DNA of 64,000 bases, taken from contig NC_069005.1 in assembly GCF_001194135.2 (NCBI RefSeq), forward strand, positions 566,521-630,520, in the 5' to 3' direction. Position 1 is the stretch's first letter. Every line of letters starts with the position of its first letter. The translations under genes and the position numbers were made by a program. This DNA is from Octopus bimaculoides. Lineage: Eukaryota. Positions 35,301-47,900 of this stretch are shown here, in pieces. Below the pieces are notes generated by a model that made no database searches, had not been told where the DNA came from, and was given only the letters and a program-made list of their open reading frames with translations.

Positions 35301-38300
35301 AGCCTTGCCAACGCAGACCACCACTAATCTCCTTGGATTCTGTTGGAGCTAATACTATTTTCAGTCCAGACTTGAGTCAGTAGCTAGGGTTATCAAAAAC
35401 TCAATTCCACCTGAATCCCTCATGAATGAGGGATTCAGGTATAATGTGAAAAATCAAAAGGGTTGCTCTTACCTCCATAGTTGGGGTTGCCGTGTCTTAC
35501 ATAATACTGACTCCTTTTCTCAGCTCCAGGCAATTTTCGGTCAGCTGCAACAACAACTGCTACAATATTACATAATCACTAATAATAAAAATCATGTTAC
35601 TAATTTGGATCATGACACAATTCCAAAATGAACCAGTCATGATCCATGCTAACACATTTAGAAATCCTAAATCTTATCATTTAGCCTTCACTGCTGAACT
35701 ATGTCAGAAGCAGGCACACATTCAACCAACCACAGCCATTAAGTACACATTCAACCAACCACAGCCATTAATTAAGTAATATTAACTGCATCTCTCTCTC
35801 TCACACTCAGTTATTATCTTTTAGTTTGTGTCTGTTCAAGATCTCTGATTTGAAGTTTTGCAAATGCTTACACGGCATTCCTAAAAGGAAAATACACAAA
35901 TGTTGGCTACAGTAAGGAATAGCAGGAACATGGCCCCAGCTTTATGCAATATTAAGGGCCAATAGCAAGAGATTACTCTGGTTTGTCCATTCCTTCCATC
36001 TGAAAGACAATGATCAGATCACGACTGGTTATGTGATCTCTGTCACCCAATGAGAAATGATTCTTCATTCAACAGCAGACATAGTGTTTCATTTTTACTT
36101 TTCCTTTGCTAAACATCTCCCAGTGGTAGGGGGTTTGCCTCCAAAAAACAAAATATTCTTTTTACTAGCTTTCGCTGACCATTAATTTCAATGGTTAACA
36201 TTCTTGTTATTCTTGCTGTTGTTGTTTAGCCCTAAATCAGCCCTGATTGAACAAGACTATAATCAAAGACATTACAGCCATGATCATCACTTCAGAGAAC
36301 ATTGTCTAATATCTTCTGTAAGCTTTATAACACAACAAGATGTGACAGGAGGGAGATTTGGCTCTATTTCTAGCAGATCAAAGGGCTATAATGACTCCCT
36401 TGTCAGTTCATACAAAGATAAATTCTATGCAAGTGTTTTAACCCTTTTGCTACTATATTTCTATCAAAATACAGTTTTTGTTTCAATTAATTTTGTAAAG
36501 AAAGAATTTAGTAAAATAACTCATTATTTTGATATGGTATTTGGAAAATGAAATTTTGGCAGGTTTTAATTGAGATCAAATTAAAACAGTTTCTCTTTTA
36601 GAATTAGGGGCACTCTCAGGTGGGTTGGTCACAAAAACAGATGAAAAAAAATAGAAAAAAGATACAAATCTATAAAAACTCTAGTAAAATGAGCCATGTA
36701 CCTTTTGTGGCATATCTCATAAATATATGTTGGCTGGTTTTACTGGTTGGAACCCCAAGACGCCACTTGCCAGGTGGCCAAGGAATGTCATCTGCACTAT
36801 TCCATGGATCAACTGCTGCTGGCACATTTTCTAGCAAACGTGATGACAACTTCCTTCTGTAGTTTTTCTCCTAGACAGACAGACAGACAGACAATCATTA
36901 ACTTCAAATAAATAGGTTTCTGTTGAGTCAGCAAAAACAGCAGCTCAAACCCCTCAAAAAGACCCTCCACCCAACCTAACAATCAAGGATTTTTTAATCA
37001 TCAACTTCCATATACAAAAAAGAAGATAGATTTTTCTTTTCTTACTAGATTTAAGCTCAGAGCATATAATATATATATGACACTTGATCTAACAGTATTG
37101 AGTACTTTCTTTTGCTTGAATGCCTTTCACACCAGTGTAACACTACCGCCTAATGTGTGTGTGTGTGTGTGTGTAATAATCATCATTTGACATGTCCTGT
37201 CCTGGATAGGACAGTTTGACAGGATTCAGGAGGTTGGTGTCTCAGGTTTGACATAGTTTCTACAGATGGATGCCCTTCCTAACACTAACCATTTCACAGA
37301 ATGGACTGGGATCAGTATAATTTCAAAGCACCAGCACTGTAGAGGTTGCCTTGCCATCAGCAAGATGAAAGAGACAACCTCTTGAGCCCTGCATTGTCTC
37401 TATTCAAAACGATTCACATCCACAGAGTGTCTTAGATGTTTGGCAGCTTGTAAAGCACTCGAAAATGGAAGGAGGAGACTTGTTATGAGAGGATGATAAT
37501 GAAGAGAATAAGAGAGGGAATAATGTTGAGGTGGGAGTAAAGGAGAGAGAGAAGTAGAATAATGTCAAAAGGTTAGTGTAAATGAGAGGGGACATCACAG
37601 CTCCGCTTGTAAAGGTCATATTCCAACTACATAATCCTTCCTCAATGTTTTAATGCATTCATGAGACAACACCAAGCATCCATAACAAAAGTATTTCCAT
37701 AGTAACACACTTAAAAAGACATCAATGATACAGAGGACCATTCATCCATCAGCCCCACTCTGACAATGTTTTATCTGTTAAGATGCTACAAAGACTCAAT
37801 ATTTACCAATTCGACATTGTCTTCAGAGCTGGACAGTTCCCCTTCGCTCTTCGCATCGATCGGTTGAGGTGTTGTTTCTCGTGTTTCTGCATCCTCACTG
37901 TCTTTGCTATCACTTGGTCTCCTTTTGCTTTCCATCTGTCTGTCGCTGTCGTTTTCGCAAGTACTTTCACTGTGAGACACTAAGCACAAAGAGAAACATG
38001 TCAGCTTAATCAGCAGCACATTATGTAACGGACATGTCACAGCAAGAAGGAGGAGTCAACTTTAAAGACAGGGAAGCTCCTGGAGGAGGAGGAAGGTATA
38101 CAGTAAAGAATTGGTCAATGATAGAATTTACCAATGCTTACAAGAGCAAAAATGTTATCTTTATTGTGGAGAGAGAAATATCACATTCTCTGGTTGCTTT
38201 ATTTCATTCTCTGTAGAAAAGAAAAATGTCTAAAACGGAAAAAAAAAGTGGCCAACTTTGGTGTGAGAATGACCAAGCAGAGAAACAAATGGAACCCTTA

Positions 38301-41300
38301 TGATAAAGGAAAAAAAGTCTATTGTGGGTTCGAAAACCAATTTTCCATGCCTGCATGGGTTGGACAGAACTTGCTGAGGTGAATTTTTGTCTGGTCAAAT
38401 GGCCTTTTGCTGCTCTCAATCTTTCTGCTTCCAGGCGAGATTAATATTTCTCCACAACCAGACATGTTTCCACGGAAGATTGGAAACAAAGGACAGAGCT
38501 TGCAAGATGGTGACCTTCACCAATATATATTTATACAAACTTAAAAACACTTCTCACCTGAAGAAATCGCTGACATATTGCTGTCCTCGTCCACATTCAT
38601 TTTGGTAGCGTTACTTTCTTTCTCACTGGTTTCACTGATTTCCTTTTGGTCAAATTGTGTGTCAGGCTTCAGCTGATTCTCTTCATCGGCAGTTGGACTT
38701 TTGGCAGCAGAATTCTCGTTTGTGTTGGTCCAAGAATTAACAACATCGCGGCTTCGGCTTAATTTGTTCAAGGCTCTAGCAGCTGTCATGGCATCGGACC
38801 AAACAACATTGCCTACAAAATGGAAAGAAGTGAAAAACATGAAAAATATCAATTCTCAATAATGTCACAGAAAGCAATCGTTGAAATTCATAAATCTTAG
38901 CTTTTCGTACACAAGGAATTCAAAATGGCACTGAACTGTCTTCCATCTTTTACTGCTCCCTTCTCCACCTCTATGATACTTTCTCACTATGTGTCTTTAA
39001 ATGGTCTTTTAATCATTGCCTGTCTTCAAGCCTAGTATGTGCACTCACCCTGCATCTCCCATTTTAATTTCCTGTGTCTTTCCCCAGCTCTCTATACAAC
39101 GTAAAATGTGACAGGAGAAAGCAAGCAACCAATTCATCATCATTGTCATCATCAAACATCCGTTTCCCATGATGGCATGGGGGGAAACCATCCAATTCAT
39201 GGCCAGCATGGCAAAAAAGGGACAGATGATGATGATGATGATCAAAATGCCGAGTAGCAGAATCAAGAATCTCCTCACTTGGCCCCAGAAAGGGTAGAAT
39301 ACTGCCTCAAGAAGTCTCATCCTTTGGGTGTCTCTAGCAGAGTTTCTTCAGTTGCAAGCAAGCAAGCCAAGTACCTGGTTTGAGGCTAACATCCTTCCAT
39401 CTTCCTCCATCCCCACCCCAGGGCCATAAAGTGCTGCCCCCACCCACTTCATTAAATGAAAGGAAAATCTTTATAGACCCCCCCATGTAGTTAAATAAAA
39501 ATATGTTTATCCTCTCCTTGTCTGACCTCTGGCCCCAACTTTCATACAACTGAGGAGTTGTACTGAAGTTAGGGGTGAGTGATTGTATATTTTTTAAGGG
39601 GTTGAGTGACTCGGGTACTTACAGGAACTGTCTTCAATCCATTCGACAGTCGAGGGAGCAAACTCTTGAAAATAGTGAAAGACATCTTTTGTACTCATGT
39701 CCTGCACACCACGGACATGGACTGTCTCGAGACGAATGCCTCGCTCGTCCTTGTGCAGGTCTTCCTCTCGGATGCCAAGGCTGCAGAATTAAAAGGGAAA
39801 GAAACTAACAAAAGTTTACAAAGTTTTAACAGAATCTTTTTTATTTCAATATTTTCTTGTTCCTTTTTGTAATTACAAGAGCTGAAGGTGATAGATGAAG
39901 TGGAGGGTGAAATATCAAACGGTATTTAATAAGGTCCCTTTACACAAATAAATTCACCTTTTCCCTTCAGCCAGCCACAACTGATAAACTAAATTTCAGA
40001 ATCAACAGACCAAAAAATGTTCCAAGTATTTCTCATCTTCTGCCAAGATAAGGAATCCTTATCATAAACGTCTCCCTTTTCTGCATCTATTCATTTCAGG
40101 AATGTTTCCCTGCATTTTTCCTTTCTAAGGCTCAACACTCACAAAGTCTGCCTTTAACTACTTCATCCAAAGTCGTCCTCCATCAACTCATTTATTTCTC
40201 TCCCTCGGCCATTTCTTGTACAGTCCCATGGCCAGTCAACACAAGTTTTCTTCCTTTCTGCATGCATCTGCCAACCACTTCTCAATTCCCAGCTCAACTT
40301 TTTCTCTTAACACTACAACAACAACAACAACCTTGATATTCAAACTCAGAAAAGGATAAACTAAACACTAAAAAGTATTTGGTGTTAAGGATCCACTGAT
40401 GCTTTGAGCATCAATACATTTAAAGACTCGTTCATCCAATCCATGCAAAATATGAGGATGCAGATATTGATAGCAGTGTTGGTACAAACAAGGAAATAAG
40501 AAACAATACAAACCTAGCATAAAGAGCGGCCAAACTGACATGATAGTTGTTGCCTTCCAGACCAAAACGACGAGCTCGTTCTTCTCTTTTCTCTTCTTCT
40601 TCCTAAAAATAATAAAATTGAAAATGAGAGCCAAAGGTAGAGGCACAGTACACAAGATGAAACACAGAAAAGGAAAAAGAGCAACATTTCACACACAATG
40701 CCTGTTGTGATTATAAACATATTTACAGTGTTGCTGTAAGGAAACATCTTCTGTGGATAACCCAATGTTTAATGTAACCGATTCAGCTAAATTGCACTTC
40801 CAAGAAAGTCCAGAGTATCAAACAGAGCAACAGTCCACTTGCTGACCAGGTTTTAAACCAAAATAATGTTTGCTGTGCAAAGCTAATGAATAGATGGATG
40901 GGTCGATAGAATGTGGAATACTGCATTCAGCTTAAGAGATCCTCTCGTACAGATGCATGGTATATAAAAGCTGGCATATATTGGAGCAGAAGTTGGATAT
41001 AAAGGTTGCCTTTTGATATTAATACTATTTCCATAGGTAATAATTTTTAATAAGCCTGCTGGCTATTATTAGTAACATCAGTGACACTAATGAGACACTG
41101 ATATTCTATACAGTGTGGGAGCGATATTTGGCTGGTCTGCAGCCACTGGACGCCTGCCACAGAGGAAGTCCATTATATTGGTACTAATACTGCTTCCGCT
41201 GTCAATAATTATTCTTAATAAGTGTTTACGCACAGAATAGGGATGACAGCCTTTATCTCAAGTCTGGTTGGAGTTGACATGAGACAATGGTCAGTCAATT

Positions 41301-44300
41301 TATCCATTTTGTTTTACAATACTTCTATTGAAATATACTGCCTTTCCAATTTTTAAAATAATGAACAAGTTAGTAAAGTAATTCCATCATTCTTAATCTG
41401 GTATTTAGCGCATAAATTAACAAGAAATTTTCATGGAAAGTTTTAATTAAAATGGGGACTTTGTGCTTTTGTTTTTAGGAATTAAGATGGTATTTTTAGA
41501 TTTTTGACAAAGTCATGAAGATAACTGCTTGGAATAAGAAAGAACACTGGCCATTTGAGTAAAATCAGTGGGTTTCTTGAAGTGTGTGCTGACTGAAGAC
41601 AGATACCAGTCATAAGATGGGGGAGGAGAAGATTATGCTTAGATTGACTACCAAGGTATTAGCCATGGTTTTGGTGGCCAAACTGTCAGACGGAATGAGT
41701 ACAAAACACTCTGTTATCCTTGAACTGTGATGCAACAGAGCCAATTCTTTTCTATTCTAGGCACAAGGCCCGAAATCTTTTTAGGAGGGGGTAGGGGAAG
41801 TCAGTCAATTAGATTGACCCCAGTATGCAACTGGTACTCACCTAAGCATTTCACCTGGTGTGCTAACGTTTCTGCCAGCTCGCTGCATTAGAGCAAATTC
41901 TTTTAAGGCAACTAAGGCCCAGAAGAGGCCAAGAAAAAAGAAGAAAATACCAGGAAGCCATAATGTGTTGCTATGACATCAGAACTGGACTTATTTCATA
42001 GGACTCAGAGGTCATCTGACATAGAGAGGTCATTTTCATTTCAGTGACAAACTTCTAGATGCCTTCTCTGGCCGTAAAGGACCACATCCCTTTTGTACTA
42101 GATTTAATATAAACATACCTTTTTTGTGATGTCGATGCCTGTTACAAAATTCCCATCTTTATTTTCATACTTCTTTCTCTACAAAATAAAAATGTTGAAA
42201 ACAATATTAGCACAATTAGACATTGCATAATTAGAGAATAATATTCTACAGTTTAATGTTAAAATCCAGTCTGGTCTGATCAATACAAGACCAATAAGAG
42301 TGAAAAACTAACCTTGAACCAATTAAAAAAAAGAAAAAAACCCCACCATTCCAGCAGAAACCTCAAAATGGTTGACTAAAGAACTTTCAATGGATTTAGC
42401 TTTCTTTCATCTTCATCATAAGATCAAATTTCACTGCAATCCATTTCAATGTTCAACTATCCAGGGTTGGTTACAAAAATAAAAACAAGTGAGACGGTTC
42501 TGGACAGCAAAACTGAAAAGTGATATCAGGATGGGGTAGAGGAAAGAGCTACAGTAGCCGATATGATGTGGGGTAGGGGTGTCATAACGAGGGGGAGGGA
42601 TTGAGAAAGAAAGATAGACCGTTAGATGGATAGACAAATATACATACACACACACACTCAGCTTTATCATGATTGGTCCCCACTTACTCAGAGATGTCAA
42701 ACTCACTGCAGTTGTTGGGTCATATTACTACGAAGGCTCTACCCAGGCGAGAGCACATTCCAACAACTAACCCCTCTCTTCAGGGTCTCTAGATACTTCA
42801 GTCACAACAATTATTGATCATCCACAATGGAGTATTGCCCTCACATCTGGGGCATTCTGCTGCTGCTACTGCACACGCCCACGTGGTAGAAGACCACCTC
42901 CAGCGAAGAGTCACCAAGACTGATTATTATGTCACTGGCAGACACAATCCAGCCACTGACCCTTGGACATGCAAAAGGCAATGATAATTGCTTCTGATAC
43001 GACCTCTATGAAGGGGGGGGGGTCCGAGGACTCCACCTACGACCCCCTCAGGAATAGTGAGCAGAGAAGAAGATGGAATGGAACGTCATTACATTTTCAA
43101 AAGAAACACGAATGCTTCAGAAACGGATATTTAATAATGGCTCGTTTATAATTATTCCTTTTTAATTTTAAAATGTTATTATATGAAAATATATATTTAA
43201 CAAGGATGGTGTTTTTTTTTTATCCAATATTTTAATAACTTCAGCAGAATTTTGTGTTGCCAACGAAACAAAAAAAAAAATTCATGGAACTCTTACAAAG
43301 AAGATCTGAGGTATTTGTACATTGGATCAAATTATATCCATTAATATCCATTAATATATATTTTATAATTCAAAAAATGTCAGCAATATATGTTTGAAAC
43401 CTGATTTGTTTGGGAAAACGAATGACGCTCGCGTTTCTGTTTTATCGTTTCAAAGCACTTCGGTCAATGTGGATCGAGTAACCTTACACTGACAAATGTA
43501 TTTCAAACATAAGCATTCCTTAGTAAGGCGTAGGATGGAATTTGTGTGGGACTTAGCTACTACTTTCAGCAGGTTTAGCAACCACTTAGGTGCTCCCTTC
43601 GTTTGCATTTTGTCGAGTTTACGGGATTGGAATCAATATGAAATATTATTTCTAGGGGAAAACATGTAAACATGATCCGGTACAACATATTAACTTGAAG
43701 GGTGAACTGCAAGAGAGCTGACAACCGTGGGGAAAATGGGGGGAAGGTACCCGTCAGGAGAAAACCAAGGAATTCATGAAGAAGCAGGGGGGGGGGGTAT
43801 GGTCGGATATCTCGGTGTTAATTTTTCATCGTGCGGAGTGTAAATAGTCCTAGATAGAATTATCATGTTTATTAGTATTATAAACCTATTATCCAACGAC
43901 GTAGTCTTCCCTAAGATAAAAATAACACCGTTACAGCTGCAATCGAATATAGTTTCATTGTTTTTGAGAATGAATCCCAAACTGTGAAACCTTTTGTTAT
44001 TATTAATAAAGTGAGAATCCATCCAACTTGGATCCACTTGAAGACCAAAGTTTAATGGATATCTATCTAAATGTAATTCTAAATAAATGTATTGTGCTTA
44101 CATTTTATTAAGGTCTGTCCAAAATGTATTTCCTCTAATTTATCTCAATTACTGAATATGAAAGTAAAGGAGCGAACATGTCACACGATTAATAAAAAGA
44201 CGACGAAGACGTTGTTGTTGTGTGACCAAAGTTTGGCAACATGGAACTGTCGTCTTTCAGAGGAGACGAACGCTAACAACAATTCTATTGTATTATTATC

Positions 44301-44583
44301 GGGGAATATTTATTTCGAGTTTTAATGACAAAAGAAACAAACGAGAGACGAAAAATAAATGTTGACAAATATTTTCTGTTTCTGTTTCTAAACTCACCTC
44401 AAATTTCTTTGCTTCGTTATTTTCATTGAGACGAACACTGAATTCGACCCTGTGTGAATAAGGTTCATCGATAAACGAGTAATCATCCTTATCAGTGAAT
44501 ATAATCTCTTCGTTGTCGCTGCCTTCGTTGTTGTCGATACAAATCTTCAGATTTGGTAATTTCTGTTTACTACCCTCCGCCAT
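31895..44583 (-). CDS. NCBP3: Nuclear cap-binding protein subunit 3 (12 coding exons, 615 aa)
   Basis: Exons 44583-44398, 42178-42119, 40602-40514, 39780-39623, 38812-38558, 37979-37807, 36870-36702, 35544-35473, 34917-34890, 34101-34004, 33287-33134, 32300-31895 total 1848 nt, all GT-AG, open from ATG to TGA. Blocks match NCBP3 as recalled from the human protein: KKYENKDGNFVTGIDIT, REERARRFG, RLETVHVRGVQDMSTKDVF...EWIEDSSCNVVW, IFMRYATK, RSQYYVRHGNPNYGGMKGLIS, MRMYADDVE, PQLKIEV. Confidence 0.95.
33134..33287 (-). CDS. NCBP3: NCBP3 exon 11 (...AAAAAATTTAAAPPP...MRMYADDVEAELK)
   Basis: ctgcag/gtgagg; MYAD.VE motif. Confidence 0.93.
34004..34101 (-). CDS. NCBP3: NCBP3 exon 10 (KRRIRSVKDE...VELS)
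   Basis: ttgtag/gtaatt. Confidence 0.87.
34335..34710 (+). mobile_element. Mariner (DD34D-type) transposase 3' remnant
   Basis: LFHEDNLPAHKSLVSMATMHDYGFEVIDH...SDEDVISAVDDFF...FFTNGI...WKKCVDRKG..YVEK plus terminal sequence. Confidence 0.8.
34890..34917 (-). CDS. NCBP3: NCBP3 exon 9, 28-nt microexon (GMKGLISKSR)
   Basis: tttcag/gtaagt; needed for frame and continues GGMKG. Confidence 0.9.
35473..35544 (-). CDS. NCBP3: NCBP3 exon 8 (DRKLPGAEKRSQYYVRHGNPNYG)
   Basis: ttgcag/gtaaga; SQYY..GNPNYG motif. Confidence 0.95.
36702..36870 (-). CDS. NCBP3: NCBP3 exon 7 (...PWPPGKWRLG...IFMRYATK)
   Basis: gtctag/gtacat. Confidence 0.93.
37807..37979 (-). CDS. NCBP3: NCBP3 exon 6 (acidic, ...SEGELSSSEDNVEL)
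   Basis: gcttag/gtaaat; EGEL motif; phases fit. Confidence 0.85.
38558..38812 (-). CDS. NCBP3: NCBP3 exon 5 (CNVVWSDAMTAARAL...)
   Basis: ttgtag/gtgaga. Confidence 0.93.
39623..39780 (-). CDS. NCBP3: NCBP3 exon 4 (RRM-like: RLETVHVRGVQDMSTKDVF...EWIEDSS)
   Basis: ctgcag/gtaagt; core NCBP3 domain. Confidence 0.96.
40514..40602 (-). CDS. NCBP3: NCBP3 exon 3 (EEEEKREERARRFG...LYAS)
   Basis: ttttag/gtttgt. Confidence 0.92.
42119..42178 (-). CDS. NCBP3: NCBP3 exon 2 (RKKYENKDGNFVTGIDITKK)
   Basis: ttgtag/gtatgt; conserved YEN..G.F.TGID. Confidence 0.93.
42770..43010 (+). mobile_element. L2/CR1-type LINE RT C-terminal remnant
   Basis: LFRVSRYFS...STMEYCPHIWG...SLADTIQPL. Confidence 0.7.
44398..44583 (-). 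CDS. NCBP3: NCBP3 coding exon 1 (MAEGSKQKLPNLKICIDN...KKFE)
   Basis: actATGG strong Kozak context; gtgagt donor; CpG-rich. Confidence 0.85.
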
Positions 44584-44720
44584 AGTTAGAGCACGGTACA
44601 ACTGACGGTTCCGGTTCATCGAAATTCCGGCTTCTAGATTGGACAAAATTCGAAAACAATTTTATCACTTATTAACCGAATAATAAAATGCATAGATTAA
44701 TTAGTTAAGACGTTCCGAAA
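44584..44720 (-). promoter_or_regulatory. Probable NCBP3 5' UTR / promoter region
   Basis: CpG-enriched stretch immediately upstream of the NCBP3 ATG in otherwise CpG-poor DNA; TSS not determinable. Confidence 0.45.
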
Positions 44721-44906
44721 TTATAAAAAAGTATTTTGTCATGTATTTTATAGTTGCATACAAAAATGTTATTATTTTCGTTTTTATAGAATTCACTGCA
44801 GAGAGCTGTCTGGAGGTGGGTCATGTAAGACTATGTGGCATACCTACACAAATATGCCCCACTGACTTTTTTTTTCCTCATTACCAATGGAGAACCNNNN
44901 NNNNNN

Positions 44907-44940
<34 letters not shown>

Positions 44941-47900
44941 TAGACATATACATATATACGTGTGTGTGCATGTATATATATATCTATATATATGTATGTA
45001 TATGTTTGTGTGTGTGTATGCGCATGTGTGCCTTTGTGTCTATGTTTGTACCCCACCACTGCTTGACAACGGGTGTTGGTTTATTTACGTCCCCATAACT
45101 TAACAGTTCAGCAATAGAGACCAATGGCAGGAGTACCAGGCTTGAAAAAAACATAAGTCCTGGGGTCAATTTGTTAGGCTAAAATTCGTCATGGAGGTGC
45201 TCCAGCATGACCACAGTTTAATGACCGAAACAAGTGAAAAGATGAAAGAACGCTAATACTTTCCCCCTGCAGGCACAAGGCCAGCAATTGTGAGGGACAA
45301 GGAAGTCAATTAGATTGACCCCCCCCCCAAAAAAAAAACCACCCAACTGGTCCTTATTTTACTGACCCCAAAAGGATGAAAGGCAAAGCCAACCTCATCA
45401 CAATATGAACTCAAAACAAAGATGAAATGGCAAGTGAAGAGGATTCTGCTTGCTCGTCATCTTTTCTAGATGAATAATATGGCACACAAAGAGGTGTGAA
45501 AATGAGAGAATAAATAACGAAAATTAGCATGTTTTAGAGAACAAACGATTCTATCTAATTAACGATTCAATGCATTAAATATACTGACATTAACATGGCT
45601 ATTGTGTCACTGCTGGTTTGGGAAGCTTTAGCATTTATTTCACAGATGGAACCTGTTTGCTAAATATATCTGTGGCTGATTGAGAGTTGATAATATAGGC
45701 ATAACATGTAACTCATGAAATAGTATGTTACATATCAGCTTTGATGTGTGAAAAGCAGAGATCTGGGTTATTTGGTCAGAAAAAGTGTGGTGGGGGGACG
45801 TTAACCTGATTAAAATACCAGTCAATGGGTTTCAAACTGATAGCTAGTGAGCTGGCCGACCCAAAAATGTTAAAGCTAGTGGCACTCCCCTTGCATCCAA
45901 ATCCTTCTTCCGTCATTGCTACAGAGTTGGACGAGTTTAAAAAGAAGGAAGTCATTTTAATGTCTCTTAAATAGCAATTTGTTCTCCTCCTTTTTCAATC
46001 TTCACTCAGCTGCAGCTTGGTTGCACACTGAACGAACAGTTGCTAACTCTTGTCTGACAAACAAAACCCCTGTGTCTCTGGAAAGGGTCACTCTTTGTAA
46101 ATCATTCCAGTTTCCATAACAGTTTCCCTTGTCTACCGGACAATCTGTGTTTCTTACCTCGTGTTTCAAGGCAAAACATGGACCCACATGCAGCTAGCGC
46201 ATTAAAATACAGAAGAACTTTAACATGCACTATCTTCAGATCCTTTCTATAATCCGGTGGGATTAGATTACACACACACACACACTTCCTCCATCAGACC
46301 AACGTCAGAAGAATTACGTCCACACTATTCATGCGTCATCTTAGAAATAGTTCGTCCATGGATATCATATTTCCGCTGTAGTACCACGATTGACATTTGG
46401 TTTTGGACCAAAAACATCGAGTCAAAGATCAGCAGAAGATCCCTTTCAAAAGTGGATGCCATCACAACTCACTTCTAACTTTGTTGGTCTCAGTGGAATG
46501 GGGATTGAAAATAAAGAGAAGAAATAACCGAGAACTATCAAGAGAATTGAGAAAAAAGGCGTCCATGCAAAGTTACACCTCGCTTTTGCATGGATCGTTT
46601 GTAACTGAAGATTGGGATATTCACTCGCCAAAAGATCTACAAATAAAGATGAGGATTCTCATTTTCGTATCCAATGGACAACCATAAACAAAGAAACAAT
46701 TTTCATAGAATTTAGTCAAGATTTCGGTGTGTATTTTGTGGTTGTACAATGTCTGAATAGAGTTTCGTGAAAGAAGACTTCTCAGTCTATTTACCGTAGT
46801 GGTCAGCGGTGAAATATATCGATCCTGTATCGAACTTAATGAACAAGACGATCTCTATAACTCCGAAGTTTGTATCTACCACAGTATTGACGATATCAAA
46901 TAAACAAGGTCGAGGGTTTTGTGAAGAAAATATGACTATTATTACGTCATAATAAAACATTTCATAATTGTCAAACTCCAACGTATTTTTCATCAACAAA
47001 AACATTAAAATTTTATTTACACTTTAAAAAGATGGGTGAAAAAAAAAAGAAAAGAAAAATGGAGAGAAATGGGTGGGGGTAAAGCAGCTGAAGTTGGAAA
47101 TGGAGAGGTAACGGGCCACATGGCCCACAACAACAGGGACAGTAACAGACAGGATGTAGACAAATTTTCTCTATTCGAATGACGTCAAGCAATTAATGTT
47201 ATTTTAAATATTCTTCAGTATTAAAAAGAAACACGGCTTGTTTTATCAATTCTATCTCCATTTCCTGAATCAATTATACATCCTTGTTATATTCAACTTT
47301 GTTACTGCAAATGTCTGCTGCGATTTTCCAACGATTTCTAACATTTTGGATAGAGAGCCGATCCCTATAAAATTCCAGCGGAATTTCAGCTCAGACTGTT
47401 GAGAGAATCTATCTGAATTCTGCAAGTTAGGTTGCTCGATCACTGAGTGAAAAGAATTATATGGATTCCGAGAAGAAAGAGGGTGGCTGAGCAGAGGCGT
47501 TTTTCAATTGCACTAATCTTCAAAAAATATTTTCAGTTTTTATTCTGTATGCAAATCATTTGGTAATGTTAGAGGTTGAAAAAGCGGCAGCTGGCAAAAT
47601 CGTTAGCACGGCAGGCAAAAGACTTGGAAAAAGTCGATCATCGAAGGGAGACAAAATGGTTTGGCAGTAATTCCAGCTTCCATCACGGCTAACAGATTAG
47701 GTTCTTGCATAGTTATGTCCCTTTAATTATATATATTACGGAGATGTACTTGCATAGAGAGTGACCTGATCTGAGACCGTGTGCTGTAACAAAAACAATT
47801 GCAGCGTGGAATGTGTTTATAAGCTATTTAAAAAACACACAAAAACCGTTAGATTCACTTCAGCATTTAAATTTAATTTGTCAAAATGTTTTCGTCGCTT

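Noticed and set aside
43245-44824. Two + strand exon-like segments (43245-43310, 44790-44824) suggesting an antisense lncRNA over NCBP3 exon 1
   Set aside because: AG/GT pairs of this strength arise often by chance in AT-rich DNA; no independent evidence
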